A stretch of 64,000 nucleotides of DNA, taken from contig CBDFFH010000015.1 of assembly GCA_965246715.1 (NCBI GenBank), positions 64,001-128,000 on the forward strand. Direction: 5' to 3'. Position numbers and translations under genes: made by a program. Positions 29,187-40,411 of the stretch are shown piece by piece; the first letter of the stretch is position 1, and every line of letters begins with the position of its first letter. Under the pieces are notes generated by a model. That model was given only the letters and a program-made list of their open reading frames with translations, had not been told where the DNA came from and did no database searches. This DNA comes from Chamaesiphon sp. (GTDB lineage Bacteria; Cyanobacteriota; Cyanobacteriia; Cyanobacteriales; Chamaesiphonaceae).

Positions 29187-30236
29187 ATGTTAGACTGCAG
29201 TGCTGTTTTAGAAGTCCTCAAACCAGTTCAAGACCCGGAGCTGCAAAAGAGTCTGGTCGAACTGAATATGATCCGCAATATTCAGGTAGATGGAGGGGTA
29301 GTGAAATTTACGGTAGTGTTAACGACCCCCGCTTGCCCCTTACGGGAATTTATTGTCGATGAATGCAAACAGGCAGTAAAAACGCTCTCAGGCGTAACGG
29401 ATGTGGAAGTCGAAGTAACTGCTGAAATTCCCCAACAAAAGGGATTGCCCGACCGGGTAGGCATCGATCGCGTTAAAAATATCATCGCGATCTCCAGCGG
29501 CAAAGGTGGTGTGGGTAAAAGTACCGTAGCTGTCAATGTCGCCGTCGCGCTGGCTCAATTAGGTGCGAAAGTCGGACTGGTAGATGCCGATATTTATGGC
29601 CCCAATGCACCATTAATGTTTGGGTTGAGCGATATTAGGTTGGTGCCAACGGCAGATGGTAGCCTCGAACCTGCTTTCAATCATGGGGTCAAACTCGTAT
29701 CGATGGCATTTTTGATCGATCGCGACCAACCAGTAATTTGGCGCGGGCCGATGTTAAATGGGATTATCCGTCAATTTCTGTATCAGGTTAACTGGGGCGA
29801 ATTGGATTACCTGATCGTCGATCTGCCGCCAGGAACTGGCGATGCTCAGCTTACCCTCGCCCAAGCCGTACCGATGGCGGGAGCCGTAATTGTCACCACA
29901 CCTCAAAACGTCGCCCTCGCCGATGCGCGCAAAGGCTTGCGGATGTTTGAGAAATTTACAACGGTCTTGGGAGTAGTGGAAAATATGAGTTATTTTATTC
30001 CCCCAGACATGCCCGATCGCCAGTATGATATTTTCGGTTCCGATGGCGGCGAGAAATTTGCAACCGAACTAGGCGTACCATTACTAGGTCGAATTCCACT
30101 AGAAATTCCCGTCCGCATCGGCGGAGATAGCGGCATCCCGATCGTTATTGCCGAGCCAGAGTCCGCTTCGGCTAAAGCGTTGGTTGCCATCGCCAAATCG
30201 ATCGCGGGTAAAGTTTCGATCGCAGCTTTGGGATAG
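29187..30236 (+). CDS. mrp: Mrp/NBP35 (ApbC) Fe-S cluster carrier ATPase
   Basis: LTTPACP, SSGKGGVGKST, DADIYGP, WRGPM, DLPPGTGD, VENMS. Confidence 0.95.
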   Translation: MLDCSAVLEVLKPVQDPELQKSLVELNMIRNIQVDGGVVKFTVVLTTPACPLREFIVDECKQAVKTLSGVTDVEVEVTAEIPQQKGLPDRVGIDRVKNIIAISSGKGGVGKSTVAVNVAVALAQLGAKVGLVDADIYGPNAPLMFGLSDIRLVPTADGSLEPAFNHGVKLVSMAFLIDRDQPVIWRGPMLNGIIRQFLYQVNWGELDYLIVDLPPGTGDAQLTLAQAVPMAGAVIVTTPQNVALADARKGLRMFEKFTTVLGVVENMSYFIPPDMPDRQYDIFGSDGGEKFATELGVPLLGRIPLEIPVRIGGDSGIPIVIAEPESASAKALVAIAKSIAGKVSIAALG

Positions 30237-30301
30237 GGATTAGGGGTTAGGCTTTAGCATTTGCAGCTAGCTTGCTAACTATCTCGATCGTAATTAATTT
30301 A

Positions 30302-30645
30302 ACGTCAGTTCGGGATAAGAATAGCTTGGAGACTGAAGTCTCGGCTCATGATGCAAAGCCCGCCTGTCTTGACGCGCTAAACCCTCGGGGAACCCGAGGA
30401 GCGCGCGTCGCTGTCTTGAAAAGGTGCTCTACTTGGGGAAGCCCCAAGACCGCACTTTTCGCTTCGCGGACTAGATAATTAGTCCGCGAAGGCAGGCTTT
30501 TGCCGCTCGCGGCAACAACCGGACTTTGCACTATTAGCAACGATTTGCGGCGCGCGCTCCTCGGCTTTGCCGAGGGTTTAGTGCGACAAGACACAATCGA
30601 GTGCGGTGCTTGAACGAAGCAAATATCCTTAACCCGAACTCACGT
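30302..30645 (-). mobile_element. 344-bp IS982-type MITE (inverted copy of 12998-13341), abutting the IS982
   Basis: ACGTCAGTTCGGGATAAG...CTTAACCCGAACTCACGT; only a few substitutions versus the 13-kb copy. Confidence 0.88.
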
Positions 30646-30647
30646 TA

Positions 30648-31615
30648 ACGTGAGTTCGGGTTAAGCCGAAGGCGGTAACACCCACTCAAATCCAAGAGAG
30701 GGCTTCTTCGGCTGATGGCAATAGGCAATTAAACCACACAAAACATTCACACAAAAGTTGACGGGGCTACGATGACGAGAATGTTCGACTTGGGAAATAT
30801 TTTTGAGCTGGTCAATAATCGTTTCAATAATTGAACGTTTTCTGCTCAAAAATTTGTCATTTAAACGCATTAATTTGTTCTTCATATTTCGCTTCGGTTT
30901 AGCGAAAAATTCTATTCCCTCATCTTCAAATAACTGTGTTGCTAATGATTGAGACACATAGCCCTTGTCAGCAAAAATCTTACCAAACAGAGATGAAACT
31001 AAGTTTAGGACTGGCTTGCGATCGTCAATATTACCAGGGGTCAGCATGATATTTAGAAGTTCACCGTTTTCATTAGCTACTAGATGTAACTTAAAGCCAA
31101 AGAACCAATCCACAGAGGTTTTGCCGCGAGCCGCCAGATTTTTAAAAACTTTATGTCCAGATATCCGTCGATTATGGCAGACTTTTAAACAAGTGGAATC
31201 AATAAAACTAATCCCTGTGCAAGCACCAAAGCACTGCTTGAGATAAACACATAAGGGCATCAGTGTCTGAGGTATCCATTCTACAAACCGTTGATAGCTG
31301 GGCAATAGGGGAAAAGCATCTGCCCAATAAACACTTACATGGTCGATGTAATAATGCTTGAAATTTCGGTAATGGTGCTGATGAAATGTTATCAAAATCG
31401 TCATGATTTCACTCAAACAGAGGCTTTTGGCTCGGCGACGGGTTTTGCTCCCATCGGAAATGAGCTGTAAGTGCCAGCTCGGTTCAAACTTTTGGCAGAA
31501 ATTGTCGATATCACAGAATAATGCATCTAAACTATTCATAGGAGGGTGTGCTAAATCGTTGATAGTAATACCTTTTAGCTTAACGCCCCCTCCTTTTCTT
31601 AACCCGAACTGACGT
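30648..31615 (-). mobile_element. IS982-family insertion sequence
   Basis: TIRs ACGTGAGTTCGGGTTAAG / CTTAACCCGAACTGACGT; ~970 bp; single transposase ORF. Confidence 0.93.
30661..31539 (-). CDS. IS982-family transposase
   Basis: LSEIMTILI.FH..HYRNFK, PSYQRF, FIDST.L.VC, WFFGFKLHL, ADKGY, RSIIETI.DQLK. Confidence 0.95.
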   Translation of the reverse strand: MNSLDALFCDIDNFCQKFEPSWHLQLISDGSKTRRRAKSLCLSEIMTILITFHQHHYRNFKHYYIDHVSVYWADAFPLLPSYQRFVEWIPQTLMPLCVYLKQCFGACTGISFIDSTCLKVCHNRRISGHKVFKNLAARGKTSVDWFFGFKLHLVANENGELLNIMLTPGNIDDRKPVLNLVSSLFGKIFADKGYVSQSLATQLFEDEGIEFFAKPKRNMKNKLMRLNDKFLSRKRSIIETIIDQLKNISQVEHSRHRSPVNFCVNVLCGLIAYCHQPKKPSLGFEWVLPPSA

Positions 31616-31629
31616 TAATTTAGACCGAT

Positions 31630-31676
31630 AATCCCCAATCCCAATCCCCAATCCCCAATCCTCAATCCCCAATCCC
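31630..31676. repeat. Heptamer tandem repeat (AATCCCC)n, STRR1-like
   Basis: aatccccaatcccaatccccaatccccaatcctcaatccccaatccc just upstream of rodA. Confidence 0.88.
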
Positions 31677-31683
31677 TAGAAAG

Positions 31684-32940
31684 ATGTACAGTAAATACTC
31701 CCGTCGAGCATCGCCGTTGCAAGATTTATTTATCCATTGGCAGCAAATGGATTGGTGGCTATTGCTAGTGGTGCTGGGGTTGACCTTTTTTGGCGGGACG
31801 ATGATCCGCAGTACGGAGCTAAGCCAACCCATAAATCATTGGGTTCAGCACTGGTTATTTGGTGGGATCGGGCTGACGCTCGCCTTATGCGTAGCCCGCA
31901 TCTCTTACAATTATCTGCTGCGGTGGCACTGGGTGACTTATGGTTTGGCAAATGGATTGCTGATTGCTGTAATGGCATTGGGAAGTAGTGCCAAGGGCGC
32001 ACAGCGCTGGATTAGTTTAGGTGGGTTCAACATTCAGCCCTCAGAATTTGCCAAAGTCGGGCTGATTATTACACTCGCAGCTATTTTACACCGTCGTCCA
32101 GCGGATACTTTGCCTAGCTTTCTCCGTGCTCTGGCGATTACCATTCCCCCCTGGTTGCTCGTATTTAAGCAACCAGATTTGGGCACATCGCTGGTATTCG
32201 GAGCCATTTTATTAGGGATGTTGTATTGGGCAAATGCCAATCCAGGTTGGCTACTGCTGCTAGTATCACCACTAGCAGCAGCAATTTTGGAAAGTGTCAA
32301 TGTGCCGGGATGGATCTTTTGGTCGTTATTAATGGGCGTAGTTGGCTGGTTCTCGCTGCCATTTCGCTGGGTGAGTTCGGTACTCGCGATCGGTGTTAAT
32401 ATTGGGGCTGGCTTACTCGGCCCAGTATTATGGCACGCGCTCAAAGATTATCAAAAAGATCGGCTGATCGTTTTTCTCGATCCCGATCGGTTTCCCCTTG
32501 GTGCTGGATATCACTTGATTCAATCGCGGATTGCGATCGGTTCGGGTGAATTGTGGGGACAAGGACTCAATCAAGGTACGCAGACGCAACTTAATTTTAT
32601 CCCCGAACAACATACGGATTTCATCTTTTCATCGATCGGTGAAGAGTTAGGCTTTTTTGGTTCGATGTGTCTGGTGCTAACTTTCTTGTTTGTCTGCTGG
32701 CGATTGCTCAGAGTAGCGATGCAAGCTCAAAATAATTTTGGTTCGCTGCTAGCGATCGGTGTATTCTCAATGATAAGTTTTCAAGTCATCGTCAATATCA
32801 GTATGACGATCGGCATCGCTCCAGTTACAGGTATTCCACTACCCTGGATCAGTTACGGTGGATCGGCACTGATAATCAATTTCTTTTCGATCGGTCTAGT
32901 AGAGTCGGTGGCCAATTATCGGCGGCGGTTTAATTTGTAG
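31684..32940 (+). CDS. rodA: Rod shape-determining SEDS protein RodA
   Basis: GAQRWI, IQPSEFAK, QPDLGT, GYHLIQSRIAIGSG, FIPEQHTDFIF, GIPLPWISYGGS. Confidence 0.94.
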   Translation: MYSKYSRRASPLQDLFIHWQQMDWWLLLVVLGLTFFGGTMIRSTELSQPINHWVQHWLFGGIGLTLALCVARISYNYLLRWHWVTYGLANGLLIAVMALGSSAKGAQRWISLGGFNIQPSEFAKVGLIITLAAILHRRPADTLPSFLRALAITIPPWLLVFKQPDLGTSLVFGAILLGMLYWANANPGWLLLLVSPLAAAILESVNVPGWIFWSLLMGVVGWFSLPFRWVSSVLAIGVNIGAGLLGPVLWHALKDYQKDRLIVFLDPDRFPLGAGYHLIQSRIAIGSGELWGQGLNQGTQTQLNFIPEQHTDFIFSSIGEELGFFGSMCLVLTFLFVCWRLLRVAMQAQNNFGSLLAIGVFSMISFQVIVNISMTIGIAPVTGIPLPWISYGGSALIINFFSIGLVESVANYRRRFNL

Positions 32941-33131
32941 CGTTGAATCTTCATGCTAATGAATTTTTGACAAATGGGATAATTAAGTGGATTTCGAGCT
33001 ACTCAGCCGGAATATTGGCAATTCGGCAATGCCATATGAGTTAACCCAACGTGGTAAGATACTCTACTTGCGTCAATAGAATGCGAGCCAATCGCGGCTC
33101 GTTGACGGTGCAATATGTAGAATTTATATAG

Positions 33132-34157
<1,026 letters not shown>

Positions 34158-34181
34158 TTAATTAGTGGGTGGCGAAGATTT

Positions 34182-34519
34182 ACCCACCCCACCCTATCGG
34201 GCACCCCTCCGAGGAGGGGAATTTTCTCGTTAAATGTAGGTGAATTATTGTAGGGGTGCCCCTTGCTGGCACTGTTCGCGTATCGTGGCCTTTGGCGATA
34301 CGAAGTCGTAGCGCAGCGTCTCCGAAATATGGAGAAGTGTGGGTACCCTGCTTGACTAAGGAATGAGAACTAAATAACTTGCAATTCCTCCTTTGGTAAG
34401 GGCAATTCATGAAGCGGCTCCCGCCCGTCGGGTTTCCCGACGCGAAAAGCGGATGGAATCGCGCTGAGGTTTCCTCAGCGTGCGTTCCACCAAGCAGGGA
34501 GACAAGACATTGCCCATAC
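34182..34519. repeat. Cluster of REP-like repeats with nested small hairpin inserts
   Basis: CCCCTCC-type repeat; GTAGGGGTGCCC repeat interrupted by short units; GTAAGGGCAATTCATGA|96 nt|ATTGCCCATAC. Confidence 0.75.
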
Positions 34520-34626
34520 CAAAGCTTGGGGCGACGGTAGATCTGGATATTATTAAATCCTCATTCCTAAGCTAAGATATCGATCTATCGATCGCATTCA
34601 GCCATCAATAAAGTAGAAATTGAAGT

Positions 34627-35451
34627 ATGAGTCAATTACCAATTCCAGTCGTCGTCAATGGTGCAGCCGGAAAGATGGGCATAGAGGTCATCAAAGCCAT
34701 CGCTGGTGCGGAGGATATGGTATTGTTTGGGGCGATCGATCGCAACCCCAAAATTCAGGGTGAAGATATCGGCGAGCTAGCTGGTTGTGGTGCGCTAGAA
34801 GTACCGGTAATGAACGATCTTCAAGCGATCCTGGCTGTGGCATCCCAGGAGAAACAACCCGCAGTGATGGTCGATTTTACCCATCCTGATAGTATCTACG
34901 AAAACGTCCGCGCATCGATCGCCTATGGCGTGCGTCCGGTTGTGGGAACTACGGGATTGAGTCCCACCCAGATTCAGAATTTAGCGGAATTTGCTGACAA
35001 AGCGAGTACTGGTTGTCTGATTATCCCTAACTTTTCGATCGGGGTAATATTAATGCAGCAAGCCGCAATTCAAGCTGCCAAGTTTTTCGAGCATGTCGAA
35101 ATTATCGAACTCCACCATAATCAAAAAGCCGATGCCCCTAGCGGTACGGCCATCCAAACCGCCCAATTATTAGGCGAACTCGGCAAAACTTTCAACCCGC
35201 CGAGCGTTACCGAAACCGAGAAGATTGCTGGCGCGAGAGGTTGCACCGCCGATGAAAATATCCGCATTCACAGTGTCCGCCTCCCCGGTTATATCGCCCA
35301 TCAAGAAATTATTTTCGGCGCGCCTGGAGAAATCTACCTGCTCCGCCACGACACTACCAATCGATCCTGCTATATGCCTGGAGTCCTCCTCGCCATTCGC
35401 AAGATTTTGGGGTTAAAATCATTGGTATATGGATTGGAGAAAATCTTGTAG
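34627..35451 (+). CDS. dapB: 4-hydroxy-tetrahydrodipicolinate reductase
   Basis: [39 protein letters not shown]. Confidence 0.96.
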   Translation: MSQLPIPVVVNGAAGKMGIEVIKAIAGAEDMVLFGAIDRNPKIQGEDIGELAGCGALEVPVMNDLQAILAVASQEKQPAVMVDFTHPDSIYENVRASIAYGVRPVVGTTGLSPTQIQNLAEFADKASTGCLIIPNFSIGVILMQQAAIQAAKFFEHVEIIELHHNQKADAPSGTAIQTAQLLGELGKTFNPPSVTETEKIAGARGCTADENIRIHSVRLPGYIAHQEIIFGAPGEIYLLRHDTTNRSCYMPGVLLAIRKILGLKSLVYGLEKIL

Positions 35452-35797
35452 GTAGTGAGTAATAAATTCCTAATTAATAATTTATAATTCTTCAGATGCT
35501 CGTTCCGATTACTCGCGCTAAATAACATCAGTTTGGGAATTGAATCTCGAACTTGGTGCCGAAATGGGATTTAGCACCAAGATTTCTGTCCCCTTGTAGG
35601 CGGGACGTGCTGGTGTCGCGCCGATTTAAAGTACCAGCATTCCCGAAGGGTATTGTTAAAAAAGATCGATCCATAACTTAATTTGGAAATGTTGGCACTT
35701 TTTACTCGGCTTGTCAATCTACTGTATTAGTCATTACTCAATGATGGCTATTTCGTTAGAATATGTAAGACATTTGCAAGCCGATCGACTTATCTAA

Positions 35798-36652
35798 ATG
35801 ACTAATGCACTATACCAACAAATCCAAGAATTTTATGATGCCTCTAGCGGGCTATGGGAAGAGGTCTGGGGCGAGCACATGCATCATGGGTATTATGGTA
35901 GGGATGGAAATCTCAAACTCGATCGTCGTCAAGCACAAATAAATCTAATTGAAGAACTGCTGACTTGGGCACAACAGAAATCGAGTCCCCAGCCCCAAAC
36001 AATTCTCGATGTCGGCTGTGGAATTGGTGGTAGTAGTCTATATTTAGCCGAAAAATTTGGGTCGAAAGTAACAGGAATTACCCTCTCCCCCGTTCAAGCA
36101 AATCGCGCTAAAGAGCGTGCCAAACTAGCTAGACTGACCGCAACTACCGATTTTCAGGTGGCAAATGCTTTAGAAATGCCGTTTGCCGATAATAGTTTCG
36201 ATCTGGTTTGGTCGCTAGAAAGTGGCGAACACATGCCTGATAAAGTGAAATTTCTTCAGGAGTGTTATCGGGTACTCAAGCCCGGTGGAAAATTAATTTT
36301 GGCAACTTGGTGTCACCGTCCGCTGAGTGAGGCAAATCCGCTATCAATCTACGAGCAAAAAGAGTTACAAGAAATTTATCGGGTTTATTGCTTGCCTTAT
36401 GTAGTGTCGCTTCCAGAATATATCGCAATTGTCGATCGATGTGGATTTAGAGATTTGCATAGCGCTGATTGGTCGCCAGCAGTTGAGCCATTTTGGGATG
36501 TAGTAATCGATTCGGCCATTACGCCGCGATCGATTGTTGGGCTATTTAAGGCGGGTTGGCAGACCATCGAGGCAGCAATGTCGTTGCAATTAATGAGCAA
36601 TGGTTATCGGAGTGGATTGATTCGCTTTGGTTTGATTGCCGCAACGAAATAA
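35798..36652 (+). CDS. Gamma-tocopherol methyltransferase (VTE4-like)
   Basis: FYDASSGLWE.VWGEHMHHGYY, LDVGCGIGGSS, WSLESGEHMPDK, ATWCHR; adjacent to hppD. Confidence 0.9.
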   Translation: MTNALYQQIQEFYDASSGLWEEVWGEHMHHGYYGRDGNLKLDRRQAQINLIEELLTWAQQKSSPQPQTILDVGCGIGGSSLYLAEKFGSKVTGITLSPVQANRAKERAKLARLTATTDFQVANALEMPFADNSFDLVWSLESGEHMPDKVKFLQECYRVLKPGGKLILATWCHRPLSEANPLSIYEQKELQEIYRVYCLPYVVSLPEYIAIVDRCGFRDLHSADWSPAVEPFWDVVIDSAITPRSIVGLFKAGWQTIEAAMSLQLMSNGYRSGLIRFGLIAATK

Positions 36653-36751
36653 GCTTTAAATCATGAATTAGGAATTTATAATTCCTAATTCATAATTATC
36701 GGTTTTCACAAAATATCGAAGATTCAATAATTTTGAATAGAATTTGACTTC

Positions 36752-37822
36752 ATGGAAATCGACAGCATTCACTTTTATGTCAAAGATGCCGCTCGAATGC
36801 GAGACTGGTCGATCTCACAACTCGGTTTGCAAGAATTGGCAAACGATCGCTCGATCGATCCGCACACCAGTACTTACCGAGTTGGTAACGAGCGGCTGTG
36901 TTTGACGATCTCATCGCCGCTCGATCCCAGTAGTCCGATTGCCGAATATCTCCAAGCGCATCCGCCAGGAGTTAGGGATATTACATTTCGCGTGAGGAGT
37001 CTGGACGAGATGCGGCAAAAGCTCGATCGATTGAAGATCGAAATTTTGGCAACCTCGTCCTTCCACGACAACTTACCCTGGCTGAAAGTGCGTGGGTGGG
37101 GCGCGATCGAGCATACAATTATCCAATCACCATCCACTGTGGCTGCTGAGTTTGAACTTAACTCGTCGCCTCGATCGGAGCCTTATCAGCTAGGAGCATT
37201 TACGGGGATCGACCATCTCGTCTTAAATGTGGCGGTAGGTGAATTAGCATCAGCAGTAGCTTGGTATCACAAGCTCTTCGATTTTCAAGTCCAGCAGACA
37301 TTTGAGATTCACACCCCAACTTCTGGATTGGCAAGCACAGCACTAGTTAGCGCCAACGGACAGGTTAGATTTAATATTAACGAACCGAGTTCGGCGAACT
37401 CCCAAATTCAAGAATTTTTAGATGTCAATTGCGGTGCGGGGATTCAACATGTCGCCCTGCATACAGCTGATATCTTTGGTACTGTCGATCGACTGCGCCA
37501 ACAGGGAGTAGCATTTTTGCCGATTCCCAAAACCTATTACACTAGCTTGAAAATGCGCGCTCAGAGCGGTATAGCAGCTCGATTAACACACACGGAATTA
37601 GCTAGACTCGAACAGCTCGAAATTTTGGCAGATTGGTCTGATGCGGCTCCGAAAGCCCTGCTGATGCAGATTTTTACCAAGCCGATTTTTGAGGAACCGA
37701 CATTCTTTTTTGAAGTGATCCAACGTCGCCATCGTGCCCAAGGCTTTGGGAACGGTAATTTTCAGGCATTATTTGAAGCGATCGAACGACATAGCGATCG
37801 GTTGCGACCTGCAAATCGCTGA
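36752..37822 (+). CDS. hppD: 4-hydroxyphenylpyruvate dioxygenase
   Basis: IDHLVLNV, INEP..NSQIQEFL, GIQHVAL, LMQIFTKP, FFEVIQR..AQGFGNGNFQALFEAIE. Confidence 0.94.
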   Translation: MEIDSIHFYVKDAARMRDWSISQLGLQELANDRSIDPHTSTYRVGNERLCLTISSPLDPSSPIAEYLQAHPPGVRDITFRVRSLDEMRQKLDRLKIEILATSSFHDNLPWLKVRGWGAIEHTIIQSPSTVAAEFELNSSPRSEPYQLGAFTGIDHLVLNVAVGELASAVAWYHKLFDFQVQQTFEIHTPTSGLASTALVSANGQVRFNINEPSSANSQIQEFLDVNCGAGIQHVALHTADIFGTVDRLRQQGVAFLPIPKTYYTSLKMRAQSGIAARLTHTELARLEQLEILADWSDAAPKALLMQIFTKPIFEEPTFFFEVIQRRHRAQGFGNGNFQALFEAIERHSDRLRPANR

Positions 37823-37946
37823 CAAAAAATCGCTCCCCAGCAGCTCGACTGCGGTAGCGATGCGCTGCGGCATTTTCAGTTAGAGGCTCGACAAGCGACT
37901 AAGCACGGGCGAGAAACAAGTGAATTCGCCCTGGGCAAAGATCGAC

Positions 37947-38822
37947 TCAATTAATTACCGGCCAATTTGGTTGACTCATTTCATTCCAAACTTCATCGAT
38001 CAACATCCCAGAATTTTCTGGTCGCTCGTCGATGTCCTGTAGATTGATAAACTCATGCTGGTCTCCAATCGAGCCATTAGCTTCAAAATCGAGCAGATCG
38101 CGATCGGTGAGATCCAGTCCTAGGTCGGTCAAGTCCAATTCCATCATGCCACTGGAGCCGCTCGTCCCACGATTGTCTTGAGATCGATCGAAATCAAAGG
38201 CAATCTCATCAAAACTTTCGCTATGGATCGTCTTGGAGTCTAGTTGGTATTCTTCGTCTAAGACGGCATCCGCAATCGGGGGCAGCTGCTGCTCGCTCAC
38301 TCCTGCTGGCGCAACAGTCGCAATTGCTACTGTTGCGACACCGCCAGCGACAACGCCGATGGCAGGGATCGCCATCGAGTTTAGCGTGTTATTGGTAAAT
38401 TCCGTGCCGGAATGTTCGCTAATCGGGGAATGGCTCTCTCCCTGGGCAACGGACTCGCTCTGATATACTGGTGGTGCGGGTTGAGCCGATAAGGTTACTG
38501 GGACTGATGCAGCAGAAATACTCGCGCTAGTCGAATGCTGTGCCGAGGCAGTTGCTTCGTCCGGACAAAATTCTAAGCACAATCTAATTCTCCCTTTTTG
38601 CCAACCGTTAGCGCCAAACCTAAGCGCCTCACAATCGATCCCTTCAGGACTGAACCAACCGTTTTTTTCTTCGCTCCATCCAGCGATCGCACTTGCCACC
38701 TGAGCTTTAATCGCATCGCTCAACTCGCCGACTCGAAAGGTGCGATGTCCGCTCAATACTTGTGTGTCGTTTTGGACGGAAACGACTTCCCCGCTGTTCA
38801 ATGGCTCAAAACGGTCGTTCAT
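37947..38822 (-). CDS. KGK-domain protein with long low-complexity/acidic C-terminal extension
   Basis: N-terminal WF..EGIDCEALRFG..GWQKGRIRLCLEFCPDE; start taken as MNDRF (38822) rather than 38888. Confidence 0.72.
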   Translation of the reverse strand: MNDRFEPLNSGEVVSVQNDTQVLSGHRTFRVGELSDAIKAQVASAIAGWSEEKNGWFSPEGIDCEALRFGANGWQKGRIRLCLEFCPDEATASAQHSTSASISAASVPVTLSAQPAPPVYQSESVAQGESHSPISEHSGTEFTNNTLNSMAIPAIGVVAGGVATVAIATVAPAGVSEQQLPPIADAVLDEEYQLDSKTIHSESFDEIAFDFDRSQDNRGTSGSSGMMELDLTDLGLDLTDRDLLDFEANGSIGDQHEFINLQDIDERPENSGMLIDEVWNEMSQPNWPVIN

Positions 38823-38895
38823 AAAATTCTCCAAGATTATTTGCGAGCTTAATCCAATTTGGTGACGAGAGTTTCCCCCCATCACCAATATATTA

Positions 38896-39903
38896 TTACA
38901 AGAACCACCCGTAACTATGCAGTCCTTTACCCAGTAGATTAACTCCTAAGTAACAAATCCACACGACGACAAAGCCACCCGTGGCTAGCAAAGCTGGTCG
39001 GCGACCCTGCCAACCTTTAGTAATCCGTGAATGGAGATAAGCAGCAAACACCAACCATTCGATCAATGCCCACGTTTCTTTAGGATCCCAACTCCAATAC
39101 GAACCCCAAGCTTCATTTGCCCAGACACCACCGGCAATAATCCCGATCGTTAGCAACGGAAAGCCCAACCCGATAATCCGGTAGCTGATATTGTCAAGCG
39201 TATCGGCGAGACTGAGGCGTTGCGGCGATAGCGCTGCAGTACCTACCATTGTTGTCGGTAATTCTAGCACGGCTGTCGTACTGCTGCTAGCCACACTGAC
39301 AGATTCGATCGCCAGTTCCGTAGTAGCTTCTGGTTGGGTTTTCAGACTGCTAGTTAGGCGATAACCATTGCCACCGAACGAACTCCCGCGCAATTCGACC
39401 TCCTGTCCACGCGTAACGAATAGAAACGCGATCGCGATTAAAGATCCGACCATTAAGGTCGCATCGGCTAGCATCATCACACTTACGTGCATCATCAACC
39501 AGTTGGATTTTAACGCGGGAACTAGTGGTGCCGAAGCTTGCATATCGCCAGGCAGCCGCAATGCGGCAAATGCCGTCACGGCCATCGCGACCGGTGCCGT
39601 TACCACCCCAACTAGCGGACTGCGACTGACATATTCAGCGAACAGATGCATGGTAGTAATCCCCCATGCCAGGAAAAATAGTGATTCGTATAAGTTACTC
39701 AGTGGAAAATAACCAGCTTCGAGCCATCTAGCGCCCAGCAAAGTTGCCATACACAAATTGGCAATAGCCATACCAGTCGTGCCCAGCGTTGGCAAGAAGG
39801 GAATGTTGGGAAAAGCGGCACCTACCCAGTATGCCAACATTGTTAGCAGCAAGACAGCAAACGAGAGGTTATCCAGTTGATTCTGGAGGAGGACGAGATT
39901 CAT
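38896..39903 (-). CDS. ccsA: Cytochrome c biogenesis protein CcsA (CcsB in cyanobacterial annotation)
   Basis: [47 protein letters not shown]. Confidence 0.95.
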   Translation of the reverse strand: MNLVLLQNQLDNLSFAVLLLTMLAYWVGAAFPNIPFLPTLGTTGMAIANLCMATLLGARWLEAGYFPLSNLYESLFFLAWGITTMHLFAEYVSRSPLVGVVTAPVAMAVTAFAALRLPGDMQASAPLVPALKSNWLMMHVSVMMLADATLMVGSLIAIAFLFVTRGQEVELRGSSFGGNGYRLTSSLKTQPEATTELAIESVSVASSSTTAVLELPTTMVGTAALSPQRLSLADTLDNISYRIIGLGFPLLTIGIIAGGVWANEAWGSYWSWDPKETWALIEWLVFAAYLHSRITKGWQGRRPALLATGGFVVVWICYLGVNLLGKGLHSYGWFL

Positions 39904-39948
39904 GTGAATAAGTCGATAGTGAATAGTGGATAGTTGATGGTGACTAAA

Positions 39949-40155
39949 TTAACTCTCCCAATCAGGAATCACCCACTGCGGGGGAGCCGATAATTTTTTG
40001 CGACGGGCTTCCTCCGCAATTTCGTGCATTTTATCTAGGGGAGTTTCATTGATAAATTTAGACGCTGACTGAACGTGGACTTCATTTTGACAGCGATCGG
40101 GTTGGATACAGCCGTTAATGCAAGCCTCACTACAATTAATCGTGTTAGTTTCCAC
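39949..40155 (-). CDS. Small Cys-containing hypothetical protein
   Basis: INCSEACINGC..PD.C.N......ASKFI.ET.LDKM.EIAEEA.RKK. Confidence 0.7.
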   Translation of the reverse strand: METNTINCSEACINGCIQPDRCQNEVHVQSASKFINETPLDKMHEIAEEARRKKLSAPPQWVIPDWES

Positions 40156-40344
40156 TGTCTTTTATAAAAAATTTAAATCTTAAACATATTTTAGCTCAAC
40201 CGATCGGCTGCTAGTAAGGCCGCTCGCGGGGATTACCGCGCCGGGCGCGATCGGTAGTTAGTATTTAGCATCGCATCGTCTTTTGCCGCTCGATCGTCAT
40301 TAGTTGCTAATTTTAACAATCTGTAAGATCGATATCTCAACTAA

Positions 40345-40383
40345 AAAGTCAGCAGCCAGCTGTTAATGCTGACTCCTGACTTT
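40345..40383 (-). terminator. Probable intrinsic terminator downstream of the CmpX-like gene
   Basis: aaagtcagcagccagc-tgttaat-gctgactcctgacttt stem with adjacent A/T run. Confidence 0.5.
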
Positions 40384-40411
40384 GGGAAATTTAATTAATT
40401 AGCGATTGAGC

